Below the pieces are notes generated by a model. The model saw nothing but the letters and a program-made list of their open reading frames with translations, had not been told where the DNA came from and did no database searches. From an uncultured delta proteobacterium (GTDB lineage Bacteria > Desulfobacterota > Desulfomonilia > UBA1062), in the NCBI GenBank assembly GCA_963785235.1, contig CAWAUM010000011.1, forward strand, positions 160,001 through 224,000: DNA of 64,000 nucleotides, written 5' to 3'. The position numbers were made by a program, and so were the translations under genes. The stretch's first letter is position 1; every line of letters begins with the position of its first letter. Below are positions 23,437 to 34,550 of this stretch, one piece after another.

Positions 23437-23936
23437 ACCGGATATCCTGTCTGGTGCTCGATGTAGACGGTGTACTTACAGACTCGCTCATCTACTTTAC
23501 CGATGAAGGGATCCAGCTCAAGGCCTTCAACAGCAAGGACGGGCACGGGCTCAGGATGCTCATGAGGGCCGGGATCGACGTGGTCATCATCACCGGCAGG
23601 ACATCGAAGGCCTTGGAGTACCGGGCAAAGGAGCTTGGTATCATGCACGTTTTCCAGGGGGCCATAGATAAAAAGCCGGTGCTTTTGGAAGCGGCAGGCA
23701 AACTCGGCATAGACCCCATCAACATGGCCTATATGGGAGACGATGTTGTGGACCTCCCTCCCATGTCCCTGTGCGGTATGACCTTTGCCCCGGCCGATGC
23801 CATGGATATGGTCAAGGATCGCTGTGATGTGGTGACCAGCAGGCCGGGCGGGCATGGGGCAGTAAGAGAGGCCATAGAAATACTGTTGAAGCGCGAGGGT
23901 CTATTCGATAAGGTCATGGAGCGCTATGTGGAATAA
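23433..23936 (+). CDS. kdsC: KDO8P phosphatase
   Basis: DVDGVLTD, KDGHG, GDDVVD, GGHGAVRE. Confidence 0.93.
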   Translation: MNRISCLVLDVDGVLTDSLIYFTDEGIQLKAFNSKDGHGLRMLMRAGIDVVIITGRTSKALEYRAKELGIMHVFQGAIDKKPVLLEAAGKLGIDPINMAYMGDDVVDLPPMSLCGMTFAPADAMDMVKDRCDVVTSRPGGHGAVREAIEILLKREGLFDKVMERYVE

Positions 23937-24459
23937 GCTGATCTGGTTCACGCTTGCTACCATCGCATTAGCATTCATTGTCTCAATTTCCCGGGAAAAT
24001 GAACAGGGGCCATCTTTTAACAAGGGCGGACAGATAAAACGCCAGGCCATGAATGTGGTGATGTTCGAGCGTAAACACCAAAACGGCAAGACCATGGAGG
24101 TGTCCGCCCGGGAGGTGGAAGAGACAGGGGGGCAGGTCGTGCACCTAAAGGATTTTCTTCTCACTCAACCAGGTGAGCTGACCATGAGCGGAACAGAAGC
24201 AATCTATGATCGCACCGGTTCCATACTTGAGGTCAAGAATCAGGTGATTATAAAGAGGGCGGGAGGCTCTCAGGCAGTATTGAACGGCCTTTTCTGGAAC
24301 AGGGCCAAAGATGCAGGCCACACCGTAAATCCAGTAAGGATCGAGGGAAAAGAGGGGATCATAACCTCGGATAAGGCGGAGTTTTCAGACAAGTTCACGA
24401 GGATCGCTTTTATAGGCAGGGTTCATGCGCAGATTATGCAGAATATTCTTAATCCTTAG
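23926..24459 (+). CDS. lptC: LPS export protein LptC
   Basis: N-terminal TM plus beta-rich domain; conserved position between kdsC and lptA. Confidence 0.7.
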   Translation: MWNKLIWFTLATIALAFIVSISRENEQGPSFNKGGQIKRQAMNVVMFERKHQNGKTMEVSAREVEETGGQVVHLKDFLLTQPGELTMSGTEAIYDRTGSILEVKNQVIIKRAGGSQAVLNGLFWNRAKDAGHTVNPVRIEGKEGIITSDKAEFSDKFTRIAFIGRVHAQIMQNILNP

Positions 24460-24931
24460 CGTCCTGGCGCCGCATGCACTTCATGCGGAGGCCCTCAAGA
24501 CGCCTCTGGCTGCAACCGATATAGTAGACATCGAGGCAGACAGGTTGGACGTGGACACCAAGAACGGTACGGCAATATTCAAAGGAAAGGTAAAGGCAGC
24601 CAAACCGGATATCACCATTAAGGGAGATACCCTTACCTTGTTGTACGACCAGAAAACTCGGAAGGTTACCATGTTGACTGCCGAAGGTGACGTGACCATC
24701 CTTTGGCAAGACAAAAATGCCACGTGCAGCAAAGCAATATATAATCTTACCAATGAAGTCATGGTAATGACCGGCAATGTTGTCATAACCAGAGGCCAGG
24801 AGCGATTATCCGGCCAGAGGGTAACCATGGATAAGAAGAACGATACCCAGGTTGTTGAAGGCGCGGGCAGCAGGGTGAAAGTCCGGGTGAATGCAGGAGA
24901 GAGCAAGGGGGTCATGCAGTGGGGGAAATGA
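24425..24931 (+). CDS. lptA: LPS export periplasmic protein LptA
   Basis: Signal peptide, IEADRL, FKGKVKA, TGNVVI; synteny. Confidence 0.85.
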   Translation: MRRLCRIFLILSVLAPHALHAEALKTPLAATDIVDIEADRLDVDTKNGTAIFKGKVKAAKPDITIKGDTLTLLYDQKTRKVTMLTAEGDVTILWQDKNATCSKAIYNLTNEVMVMTGNVVITRGQERLSGQRVTMDKKNDTQVVEGAGSRVKVRVNAGESKGVMQWGK

Positions 24932-25677
24932 TTTTGAAGGCCGTAGGCCTTGAAAAGAGCTTTGGAAAGGTCCATGTCATCAAAGGCCTGACCATTGCGT
25001 GCAACCCTGGAGAGATCATTGGGCTGCTAGGCCCCAACGGCGCAGGAAAGACCACAACTTTCTATATGGTTGTCGGGCTCATCCGCGCAGACAAGGGCAA
25101 GGTTTTCCTGGGCGCCGAAGATATCACCGGCATCGATCTCGCAGGCCGGGCCATGAGAGGCATCGGCTACCTGCCGCAGGAGCCCTCCGTATTCAGGGGT
25201 TTGAGTGTGGAGGACAATATCTCTGTCCCTTTGGAAGCCCGCGGGTTAAAGGGCAACGCTCTGAAACAGAACCTTGATGAGATAGTGGCAAGCTTCGGGC
25301 TTGATCAGGTGCGCAGGAGTAAGGGCGTCTCGCTCTCCGGCGGGGAGAGGCGTCGCGTTGAGATCGCCAGGGCCATGGCCCTGAGCCCGGCATTCATGCT
25401 CCTGGATGAACCGTTCGCCGGGATTGACCCCATCACGGTTAATGACATACAGGACATGATAGTAAACTTGAAAAATTTGGGAATTGGTGTCATTATTACC
25501 GATCATAATGTAAAAGAAACCCTGAAGATATGTGACAGGGCATATATTATCCATCAGGGTGTTGTTATTGAGGAAGGAACACCGGAACAGGTAGTGGCGA
25601 ATGATCAGGTCAAGCAGATCTATGTGGGCAAGGATTTTTCTCTCTTAGGAGGGTTTAAGGATGGCCTTGGAGCTTAG
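24928..25677 (+). CDS. lptB: LPS export ABC ATPase LptB
   Basis: GPNGAGKTT, YLPQEPSVFR, LSGGERRRVEIAR, DEPFAGIDP. Confidence 0.96.
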   Translation: MILKAVGLEKSFGKVHVIKGLTIACNPGEIIGLLGPNGAGKTTTFYMVVGLIRADKGKVFLGAEDITGIDLAGRAMRGIGYLPQEPSVFRGLSVEDNISVPLEARGLKGNALKQNLDEIVASFGLDQVRRSKGVSLSGGERRRVEIARAMALSPAFMLLDEPFAGIDPITVNDIQDMIVNLKNLGIGVIITDHNVKETLKICDRAYIIHQGVVIEEGTPEQVVANDQVKQIYVGKDFSLLGGFKDGLGA

Positions 25678-27040
25678 GCAACATCTCAAGCTGGCGCAGC
25701 AACTCATCATGACGCCACAGCTCCAGCAGGCTATCAAACTCCTGCAACTCAGCCGTCTTGAACTGCAAGAATACATAGAAAGCGAGCTCGAACAGAACCC
25801 TTTACTTGATGTGGGAACCGAACGTGCGCGTGAGGACACCCCTGATACCATAAAAGAGAGGGAACAGATCAAGCAGAGATGGGATGCATACCTGGAAACA
25901 TACGGCCAGGACAATGTCCCCTATTATGAAGATGAAGAGCGGCCCTCCCTTGAATCCACCACCTCCAAACCTGAAGGACTTTTTGATCATCTTATCTGGC
26001 AACTGAGGCTCAATGATTTCACGGCCAAAGAACAGGAAGTCGGTTTCTTTATCATCGGAAACCTTGACCACAATGGCTACATGATCCTTGATACCCAGGC
26101 CATATGCCAGGAGACCGGTGCAACGCCTGACGTTGTTGAATCCGCACTTGCCAAGGTACAGCGGTTTGACCCGCCCGGGATCGCTGCCCGCGATCTGCGG
26201 GACTGCCTCAAGATCCAGGCAAAAATACTGGGCCTGGAAAATACCCTGGTGTGGACGATCATTGATTCCCATTTAGAAGAGCTCCAGACCAAGAACTACA
26301 ACAAGATAGCCCAGGAACTTTCAGCAACCGTGGATGATGTGGCCCATGCAGCCCAGATCATCGTCAACATGGAACCCAGGCCGGCCCGGGACTATTCAGA
26401 CGATCCCCCGCAATACATTGTTCCTGACGTGTATGTAGTAAAACTCGAGGGTGAATATGTGGTCCTGCTCAATGATGAGGATCTGCCCATTCTCAAGCTC
26501 AACAAGGAATACCAGATCATGATGAAGTCCGACAACATGGGCAAGATGGCCAAAAACTATCTCACCGACTGCTTCAAGTCCGCCCAATGGTTGCTCAAGA
26601 GCATACAGCAAAGACAGAATACCCTGTGCAAGGTCACCGAGAGCATTGTAAAATTCCAGAAATTATTTCTCGACCATGGGATCACCAACCTGAAGCCGTT
26701 GGTCTTAAGAGATGTTGCCGATGACGTGGGCATGCATGAATCCACCATCAGCAGGGTTACCTCTAATAAATATGTGCATACAACCCAGGGCACTTTCGAG
26801 CTTAAGTATTTCTTCAATAGCGGCATATCTAAAAGTGATGGAAGTTTTGTTGCATCACAGAGTGTCAAGATTGAAATCGAAAATATCATCAAGGCAGAGG
26901 ATGCCAAACATCCCCTGAGTGACCAGGCCATTGCACATAAACTAAAAGGGAAAGGGGTGAGGATCGCACGCAGGACCGTAGCCAAGTACCGTGAACTGCT
27001 TGGTATTCTTCCTTCAAACCAGAGGAAGAAACACTTTTAA
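25661..27040 (+). CDS. rpoN: RNA polymerase sigma-54
   Basis: MTPQLQQAIKLLQ, HESTISR, RpoN box ARRTVAKYRE. Confidence 0.98.
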   Translation: MALELRQHLKLAQQLIMTPQLQQAIKLLQLSRLELQEYIESELEQNPLLDVGTERAREDTPDTIKEREQIKQRWDAYLETYGQDNVPYYEDEERPSLESTTSKPEGLFDHLIWQLRLNDFTAKEQEVGFFIIGNLDHNGYMILDTQAICQETGATPDVVESALAKVQRFDPPGIAARDLRDCLKIQAKILGLENTLVWTIIDSHLEELQTKNYNKIAQELSATVDDVAHAAQIIVNMEPRPARDYSDDPPQYIVPDVYVVKLEGEYVVLLNDEDLPILKLNKEYQIMMKSDNMGKMAKNYLTDCFKSAQWLLKSIQQRQNTLCKVTESIVKFQKLFLDHGITNLKPLVLRDVADDVGMHESTISRVTSNKYVHTTQGTFELKYFFNSGISKSDGSFVASQSVKIEIENIIKAEDAKHPLSDQAIAHKLKGKGVRIARRTVAKYRELLGILPSNQRKKHF

Positions 27041-27069
27041 ATAACCGTTTAACCACGAGAGGAGGATTT

Positions 27070-27594
27070 ATGCAGACCGACATTACCTTTAAAAACATTG
27101 ACTCTTCCGATGCGCTGAAAGACTACGCGTTCAAAAGGCTCTCGAAGATGGATAAATACATTGACCGCACCGCTGAAGCGCATGTCGTCCTTTCTGTGGA
27201 AAAGCGCCGGCACAAGGCAGATGTAACGCTGACCGCCGATGGTGCGGTGATCAATGCAGTAGAGATCACCGAAGACTTATACTCAGCCATCGACATGGTA
27301 ATGGATAAGCTGGAAAGGCAGATTAAAAAACACAAGGAAAAGCTCCAGGCCAAGAAGACCCAAAGCAAAACCACAGGAGCCCCAGCTGCATCTCCCGTGA
27401 GCAGAAAGGCAAAACCGCGCCTCATCTATGAGAAGAACTACGCCGTCAATGCCATGAGCGTGGAAGAGGCCCTCGAGGTTATGGAAGATGCCCCTGAGCG
27501 ATTCGTTATCTTCCAGAACACCGAGTCGAAACAGCTCAATCTCATCTACAAGCGCGTCGATGGAAAACTTGCCCTGGTTGAGCCGCAGATATAG
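27070..27594 (+). CDS. hpf: Ribosome hibernation promoting factor (long HPF)
   Basis: DLYSAIDMVMDKLERQIKKHK, MSVEEA; follows rpoN. Confidence 0.92.
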   Translation: MQTDITFKNIDSSDALKDYAFKRLSKMDKYIDRTAEAHVVLSVEKRRHKADVTLTADGAVINAVEITEDLYSAIDMVMDKLERQIKKHKEKLQAKKTQSKTTGAPAASPVSRKAKPRLIYEKNYAVNAMSVEEALEVMEDAPERFVIFQNTESKQLNLIYKRVDGKLALVEPQI

Positions 27595-27617
27595 AGATTA
27601 AATGTTGGTAAAAAATC

Positions 27618-27667
27618 ACGCCGTGCTGTTGAGGTCTTACCAAGACAGCACGGCGTCACTTTTTTTA
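27618..27667 (+). terminator. Intrinsic terminator after hpf
   Basis: acgccgtgctgt...acagcacggcgt followed by a T-run. Confidence 0.75.
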
Positions 27668-27841
27668 AACGATAGCTGGAAACTTGAGATCTTGGGCTGG
27701 AACATCCGTGGACTGTGGCAGAACTTCAGAGCGTCATCCGGCACGTTATTTATCTTCAGAACAAAGGCTAACCCTTGAAAATAGATCCAACCAGGCTATT
27801 ATTAAAATACACATTAAAATACAAAACTATAAGGAGAACAT

Positions 27842-28321
27842 ATGGACAAGCGCACATTGATTATAATTGGAGTTATTGCTGTCTTCCTGGTTGCAACAAA
27901 CGTATATGCAGAAAGCTGCACTAAGGCTGATTTAGCCAAAGCGGTCGATTATACCGCGGGCCTTATCAATTCGAAGGGTAAGGCTGCGCTGCCAGAGCTT
28001 ACGAAATACCGTTATTGTAACGGGTTAGGCTATGTTTTTGTGGTTGAACTTGAAGGCAAAATAATACTCCAACCAGCAAACCCACAGCTTGAGGGCAAAG
28101 ACATCACAGTGATGCAAGGTGCTAAGAATGAGTACTTCGGTGCAGAGATGAAGGCCAAGGTACAGAAGTATGGAGAAGGCTGGGTATCTTATGTGTGGGA
28201 AAATCCTAAAACAAAGGGGCTTGAAATAAAGTGTTCTTTTGTGAAAGCAGCTACAATGGATGGTAAGAAGGTTTTTGTTGGCTCTGGCATCTATGGAATT
28301 CGTCTGGATGACTGCAAGTAG
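27842..28321 (+). CDS. Secreted stand-alone single Cache domain protein
   Basis: Signal peptide; GYVFV...QPANPQLEGK...GEGWVSYVWENP...K..FV...VGSGIY; SD AAGGAG. Confidence 0.85.
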   Translation: MDKRTLIIIGVIAVFLVATNVYAESCTKADLAKAVDYTAGLINSKGKAALPELTKYRYCNGLGYVFVVELEGKIILQPANPQLEGKDITVMQGAKNEYFGAEMKAKVQKYGEGWVSYVWENPKTKGLEIKCSFVKAATMDGKKVFVGSGIYGIRLDDCK

Positions 28322-28351
28322 GGTAGCTCTGTAAAACAGGTGTTCTATACT

Positions 28352-28387
28352 TTGAAGGGGAGGGTTCTATAAGACTCTCCCCTTCAA
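28352..28387 (+). terminator. Hairpin after the Cache gene
   Basis: ttgaaggggaggg...ctctccccttcaa inverted repeat. Confidence 0.6.
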
Positions 28388-28600
28388 TAAAATATCAGCA
28401 CATGTGACAACTCCTATTGTAGATGGTCGCTTCTGAAATAACTGAAAAGCGATATTTGTGTAGGTGTTTTTGTAAATCATTGGTTCTGGAACATCCTTTC
28501 ATCACCTATCCATTGCAGTAATCATCATAAGTACGCGGCTGAAGAATGGTGTCCATAACAATCCAGGAGATCCAAGTTTGTTTTCCAATCGCCCAGCTTT

Positions 28601-28912
28601 TCATGCTGCTGCATCAAATGGATGCACGGCTTTCATGATCTTATCGCTGAGTTTTTCATTCGCTATTTCAAGGTCATAGTGAGTCTGCAGGTTCATCCAG
28701 CTCTGGGCATCTGTTCCAAAGAAACGGGCGAGCCGTAAGGCAGTATCGGCGGTAATGGCGCGCTTCCCCGCTACGATTTCACCTATGCGTCTTTGAGGTA
28801 CTCCTATGGACTTAGCAAGCCTATACTGTGTGATACCCATGGGTTTTAAAAAATCCTCTATGAGGATCTCACCGGGATGAACAGGGGGCATTGCCCTTTT
28901 TGTCGTCTTCAT
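28601..28912 (-). CDS. higA: HigA antitoxin (HTH)
   Basis: PVHPGEIL, KRAITADTALRLARFFG, WMNLQTHYDL. Confidence 0.93.
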   Translation of the reverse strand: MKTTKRAMPPVHPGEILIEDFLKPMGITQYRLAKSIGVPQRRIGEIVAGKRAITADTALRLARFFGTDAQSWMNLQTHYDLEIANEKLSDKIMKAVHPFDAAA

Positions 28913-28935
28913 GATGGTTCTCCTTTCTGCCCTTC

Positions 28936-29217
28936 TCAATGGTAATCCACTATCTCTACGTCGTAAGCATCTCCATCCTGCCAGGTGAAAAGGATTCGCC
29001 ATTGATCATTAATACGGATGCTCCATTGACCTTCTCTATCACCCGTCAACTTCTCAAGCCGATTTGCCGGGGGAACACGGAGAAAGTTTAGAGATGCTGC
29101 GCCATGCAACATTGTCAGCTTTCTCATACCTGTACGGTGAATGCTCTTCGGAAACCGCGGTGAGTGCCGGCCTGTGAATATCTTCTCCGTTTCCTTGCAC
29201 TTGAAGGTCTTGATCAT
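28936..29217 (-). CDS. higB: HigB toxin (RelE/ParE family)
   Basis: MIKTFKCKETEKIF, PPANRLEKL, SIRINDQWRI, VEIVDYH; toxin upstream of antitoxin. Confidence 0.93.
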   Translation of the reverse strand: MIKTFKCKETEKIFTGRHSPRFPKSIHRTGMRKLTMLHGAASLNFLRVPPANRLEKLTGDREGQWSIRINDQWRILFTWQDGDAYDVEIVDYH

Positions 29218-29228
29218 TTCTGCATACC

Positions 29229-29257
29229 ATAGTAACAACTAGCGATAGTATTGTCAA
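29229..29257 (-). promoter_or_regulatory. Sigma-70 promoter of higBA
   Basis: TTGACA-17 nt-TACTAT on the minus strand, ending 11 nt before the higB ATG. Confidence 0.7.
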
Positions 29258-29703
29258 GAGATAGTACCCCTATCGGCAATAAACTCTTCTGCATGAAGTG
29301 TAATTTCCTTGGTCTTTTTTCAGTAGATAATGGGTATCATCTCCCACGATTAAACGGTATTTTATGGTTCGCCTGAAGATCTTTACTCAAGGTTCTGACT
29401 GCATGGTATAGATATAGAATGATCTGAGTAGAGGCTTGCCTTATGCTATCTGTAATATATGTGAGCTCCAATGCTGGCCTGAAAAGAGAAAATACTTAAA
29501 AGATATCTATCAGCGGAAGAATAGGAGGGAAGAATAGGAGATTATGTCCAAAATCTTCACTTTTTTCAGACTGAAGATTCCTTCGATAAATCGTCAGTCT
29601 CAACTCTAATCAATCCATCATAGGTATCGAAATATAATCATTAAGATATACCTTGGAATGTTGTGGTAGCATCACAAAAAGCAAATGGTGTATACTGGCA
29701 CTC

Positions 29704-30126
29704 ATGACTAAGTCAGAGCATGCATTAGAAATATTTTCCTCCAAATACTCCTGAGCACAAGCGACGCTTATGGCCTTCGGTGAAGGCCTGGGACTTGACG
29801 AAGCTACCTGTGCCAAGGTTGCCTGTGCATTCGGCGGCGGGATCTCTCACCTGGGTCTCACCTGCGGGGCTGTTACCGGGGCGCTTATTGCCATCGGTCT
29901 TAAACATGGCGGCGGTCCTGAGATGAAGGAAGGAACCTATAAGATAGCCAATGAGTTCGTCGAACGGTTTACCAGGCTCCATGGATCAATCAACTGCACC
30001 GAGCTTATAGGGTACGACCTGGGCAGGCCTGAGCAATTGGCCGAGGCAAGAGAAACGGCCATCTTTGCCATCCGATGTGTTAAATATGTGGAAGATGCTG
30101 TAAAAATACTCGAAGATTTCGTGTAA
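29704..30126 (+). CDS. C-GCAxxG-C-C family putative redox selenoprotein (Sec at TGA 29752-29754)
   Basis: MTKSEHALEIFSSKYS-TGA-AQATL in frame with the 29770 ORF; TGA sits where the family has its first Cys (xCAQ); FGGG, CGAVTG, NC, C retained; SECIS-like hairpin follows. Confidence 0.85.
29772..29788 (+). promoter_or_regulatory. Candidate SECIS element
   Basis: ggccttc-GGT-gaaggcc; loop starts 24 nt after the UGA. Confidence 0.7.
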
Positions 30127-30150
30127 GGGAACAGTCGATCTCACCTTACA

Positions 30151-31017
30151 TTATTTGCTTCGAGAAGGTTTCTCCCTGTTACCTGTTACGTCTCTGGCGT
30201 TTGCAGCAATCCTGGCAACCTTGCCCTGTGCATCTCGAATGGGGTACAGTTTTATTGTAAGAGGCCTCCCGGCCGGGACAGCCACCAGCTCAAGGGGCTT
30301 GCCCGTGGCAATGACCTCGTCTATGGCCTCTTTTGCCTGGGCCGCCGTCATCTCGGGCATTTCCTTGAATATGTTTGCCCCCAGGAGTTCTTTCACGGTT
30401 TTGCCGAACCTCTTTGCCGCAGGTTTGTTGATGGCGATCACATTGCCTGAAGTATCCAGGATCAGCGAGGTATCATTGCTGGCATCCAGGAGCACCCGTG
30501 CGGTTTCCTGGCTTTCACGGATGATTTTTTCGCGTTCTATGCGGTCGCTGATATCCCGCGCAACACAGATCAGCTCCGTTGTCTTGCCGCTGCGCTTACG
30601 CGGGATGCGGCTCAGCTCGCCGAATTTTATCTTGCCGTCCTTGGTGATGAATCGATGGATGTTGTAATAGACGCCTTTGCCGGTAAGGGCACTCAGGGAA
30701 TCGTCGAGGGCATCGCTCAAGTCTTCCGGGTGGAGTATGGCGAGATCATAAAAATATTTTCCCACCATCTCCTCGGGTTTGTACCCTATCAGCCTCTCCA
30801 CATTGTCAGAGACGCTCAAGACCTTCAGATTGAGGTCATAGGAGAACAAGACATCATTGGTGAGAGAGAAAAGGAGCTGGTATTTCTCCTCGTCCATCCG
30901 CATGGACTCCACCGATTTTTTCAGCGCCGAAACCTGGTTCTTCAGTTCTACAATAAGTTTATGGGCTTCACCCAGTTCCAGAGCAAGATCATCTCTGGTC
31001 AGATTGCCGTACTTCAT
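30151..31017 (-). CDS. Coiled-coil + tandem PAS domain protein with no output domain
   Basis: Two PAS/PAC repeats ending VARDISDR and NARDVTG; ORF ends right after the second. Confidence 0.8.
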   Translation of the reverse strand: MKYGNLTRDDLALELGEAHKLIVELKNQVSALKKSVESMRMDEEKYQLLFSLTNDVLFSYDLNLKVLSVSDNVERLIGYKPEEMVGKYFYDLAILHPEDLSDALDDSLSALTGKGVYYNIHRFITKDGKIKFGELSRIPRKRSGKTTELICVARDISDRIEREKIIRESQETARVLLDASNDTSLILDTSGNVIAINKPAAKRFGKTVKELLGANIFKEMPEMTAAQAKEAIDEVIATGKPLELVAVPAGRPLTIKLYPIRDAQGKVARIAANARDVTGNREKPSRSK

Positions 31018-31323
31018 TTCAAAACCTCCCTCAATGCAGTGAACTATAATAATCCTGCTCATGCGAAGTCAAGCACGGGGAAGATTAATTAATACAGGTT
31101 ACCGGTTTCATGCAGCTATGAAGTTCATTTCCGGTGCTCACCTCAAATCCGAATAAATTTCTCTTGAAACTTGAAAACCAAAGGTATATGTGGGCGCCAG
31201 CTTGATACAAGCTCTTACACGAAGGAGAAGTTGATGAGAAAGTTATTTGCGTTCGGTATTGTTCGTATACGCCCTCCTGGTCTTAATCTCCTGGGTCTAG
31301 CCCAGATAAGCGTAAACCACGGT

Positions 31324-34300
31324 TCATTCTTGCTTGTCATCCCCTTTCGGCAATCCCGGACATGGCTTGTTCTTGAAGAATACATAGTATAAGAGCGGCA
31401 CGATGATAAGGGTCAGGATTGTCGAGGCCACGGCCCCGAACATCATGGCAATGGCAAGCCCCTCAAAGATCGGGTCGAACAGCATGACAAACGACCCCAC
31501 AACTACCGCAGCCGCGGTGAGCACTATGGGCCGGAAACGTACCGCCCCTGCCATGATCACGGCCTGGCGGAGCTCACCTTTTTCCCTCCACTCCATCTGG
31601 ATGAAGTCAACGAGCAGGATGGAGTTGCGCACCACTATCCCGGCCAGTGCAATGAAGCCGATCATGGATGTGGCCGTGAAAAAGGCTCCGAAGAGCCAGT
31701 GTCCCGGGCAGTATCCCCACCAGGGTCAGCGGTATGGGCGCCATGATGACGAGCGGTGTAACAAAGCTCCTGAACCAGGCCACAACCAGGATGTAAATGA
31801 TGACAAGGACAACGGCAAAGGCCGCCCCGAGGTCCCGGAAGACCTCGTAGGTGATGTGCCATTCACCGTCCCACTTCATGGAATACTTGTCTTCCAGCCA
31901 GGGCTGGACCGAGGAATACTGCTTCATGGCGTACCCTTCGGGCAGCTTCATCTTTTCGATTGTCTCCTTCATGTTCATGATGGCATAAACCGGGCTTTCT
32001 TCCTTGCCTGCCACATCGCCCGTCACATAGGTGACCCTCCTGAGGTTCTTGTGATAAATGGTCTTTTCCTCAATGCCTTCATGCGCCATGACAAGCTCTG
32101 CCAAAGGAACGAAGCCGCCTGAGGGCTTCGGTACAGCGATCGAGAGCAGCCTGTTCAGGTCGGACCTTTGATCAAGGGGCATGCGGAGCATGATCTCCAC
32201 CGGCTCCTTTTCGCTTTCCATGTGCGCCAGTCCGGCACCGGCACCGCTCAGGGCAATATGGATGACCTGGGCAATAGACTGGGTGCTTATGCCGCTTTGC
32301 TCTGCCTTTTCCTGATCTACCTCGATACTGATTTTTTTCTGGTCATCCTCCACAAACCAGTCCACATCCACCACGCCTTCGGTCTTCTCAAATATGCCGC
32401 GAATTTGTTTCGCAATCTCCACCTGCCTGGTCGTGTCCGGGCCATAGATCTCCGCCACCAGCGTACTCAGAACCGGCGGGCCCGGCGGGATCTCGGCCAC
32501 CTTGATGCGGGCCGCATATTTGTCGCCGATCTTCTTGAGTGTAGGCCTCAGGCGCTTGGCTATATCATGGCTTTGCGCCTTGCGGTCCGACTTGGCCACG
32601 AAATTAACCTGGATGTCAGCCACGTTGCTGCCGCTTCTCAAGTAGTAATGCCTCACCAGTCCGTTGAAATTGTATGGCGATGCAGTGCCTACATAGGCCT
32701 GGTAGTCCGTGACCTCGGGTACGGTCTTCAGGTACTCAGCCATCTCCCGCGTGAGGGCAGCCGTCTCCTCCAGGGTCCTGCCCTCGGGCATGTCGATGAT
32801 GACCTGCAGTTCGCTCTTGTTGTCAAAGGGGAGCATTTTTACCGTGACGGCCTTCAAGGGAAGGAGGGCCATGGCAAGTACAAGCAGCCCCAAGATCACC
32901 GCAAAGGCCATCCGCCTTTTCTTCGATACGTCAAGGAGCGGGCCAAGAAGTTTCTCATAGAGCGCTCTGGAGCTTTCCGCCTTCCTCATTCTCCGGTTCA
33001 TGGCGCACGTTTTTCAGGACAATGTAGGCAAGCCACGGGCTTACGATAAAGGCGACGAGCAGGGAAAACAGCATGGCAGCGGATGCCCCCACCGGGATCG
33101 GCCTCATGTACGGCCCCATAAGGCCCGAGACAAAGGCCATGGGCAGCAGGGCTGCGATGACTGCGAAGGTGGCCAGGATGGTGGGGTTGCCCACCTCATC
33201 TACGGCAAAGACCGCTGTTAAGGGCTCGATTGCATGCATGCGGAAGTGGCGGGTGATGTTTTCAACCACCACGATGGCGTCATCCACCAGGATGCCGATG
33301 GAAAAGATCAGGGCGAACAGGGTGACCCGGTTGAGCGTATACCCGTAGAGATAATTGATGAGAAGCGTCAGTGCCAGGGTGACCGGCACGGCAACCGCGA
33401 CGACGACAGCCTCCCGGCGGCCCAGGGCAAGGGCGATAAGGACAATGACCGAAAAGGTGGCGATGAGCATATGGTACAGCAGTTCGTTTGACTTTTCCTT
33501 TGCGGTTTCACCATAATCCCTTGTGACCGTCACCTGCACGTCTCTTGGAAGGAGCGTGCCCCTGAGGGCCTCAACCTTGTGCAGGGCGTCCTCGGCCACG
33601 ACACTGGCATTGGCGCCCTTCTTTTTGGAGATCGCCAGGGTCACTGCCTCGTACTGCCCGGCAGGATCGGCCTTTAATCCCTTGTGGGATGCGGCCGGAC
33701 CAAGGCCCATGAAGACATAGTTTGCAGGCTCTTCCGGACGGTCGGTGATGGTTGCGACATCATGCAGGTATACAGGCCTATTATTATCTACATTGATCAC
33801 GATATTGCCGATATCCGTGGCGTCTGTTAGAAACCGGCCTGTCTCCACGATGGTTTCCAGGTTTCCTGCCGGAAAGGCGCCCGAGCCGATGATGACATTT
33901 GCCTCCTGGAGTTTGTTCATGATCTGGAAGGCAGATACATGGTGGGCCTGCAGGCGCGCCGGGTCCAGGGTGATGAGGACCTGGCGGCGCTGCCCCCCGG
34001 TCACTGAGCTTTCCGAGACATCCTGGCCCTTTTTGATCTCCTCGCTGAGCTGCATGGCAACCCGGCGCAGCTCATAGCCGGAGTATTGCGGTTTGTCGCT
34101 CCACAGGGTGAGCGCCAGGATGGGGACGTCGTCGATGGACTTGGGCTTTACCATCGGCTGTGATACGCCCGGCGGGATGATGTCATAGTTGGACATGAGC
34201 TTGTTGTAGAGCTTCACCAGGCTTTCTTCCATGTTTTCGCCCACGTAGAAGCGAACAATGGTCAGGTTGGAACCGGGCCTGACAATGGAATAGACATATT

Positions 34301-34550
34301 CCACCCCCTTGATCTCCCAGAGGAGCTTCTCCATAGGGTAAGTGACCAGCTGCTCAACCTCTTTCGGGGAGGCTCCGGGAAAGGCCACCATGACATCGAT
34401 CATGGGCACCACGATCTGGGGTTCTTCCTCACGGGGCGTGACCATGACGGCAAAGACACCCATGAGCAGTGCTGCAAACACCATCAGCGGGGTGAGTTTT
34501 GAAGTGATGAAGGCCTTGGCGATCCTGCCGGAGATGCCGATCATCTTCAT
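31324..34550 (-). CDS. RND efflux permease (AcrB/CusA-like), frameshifted near 32990 and 31705
   Basis: [51 protein letters not shown] spread over three ORFs. Confidence 0.88.
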
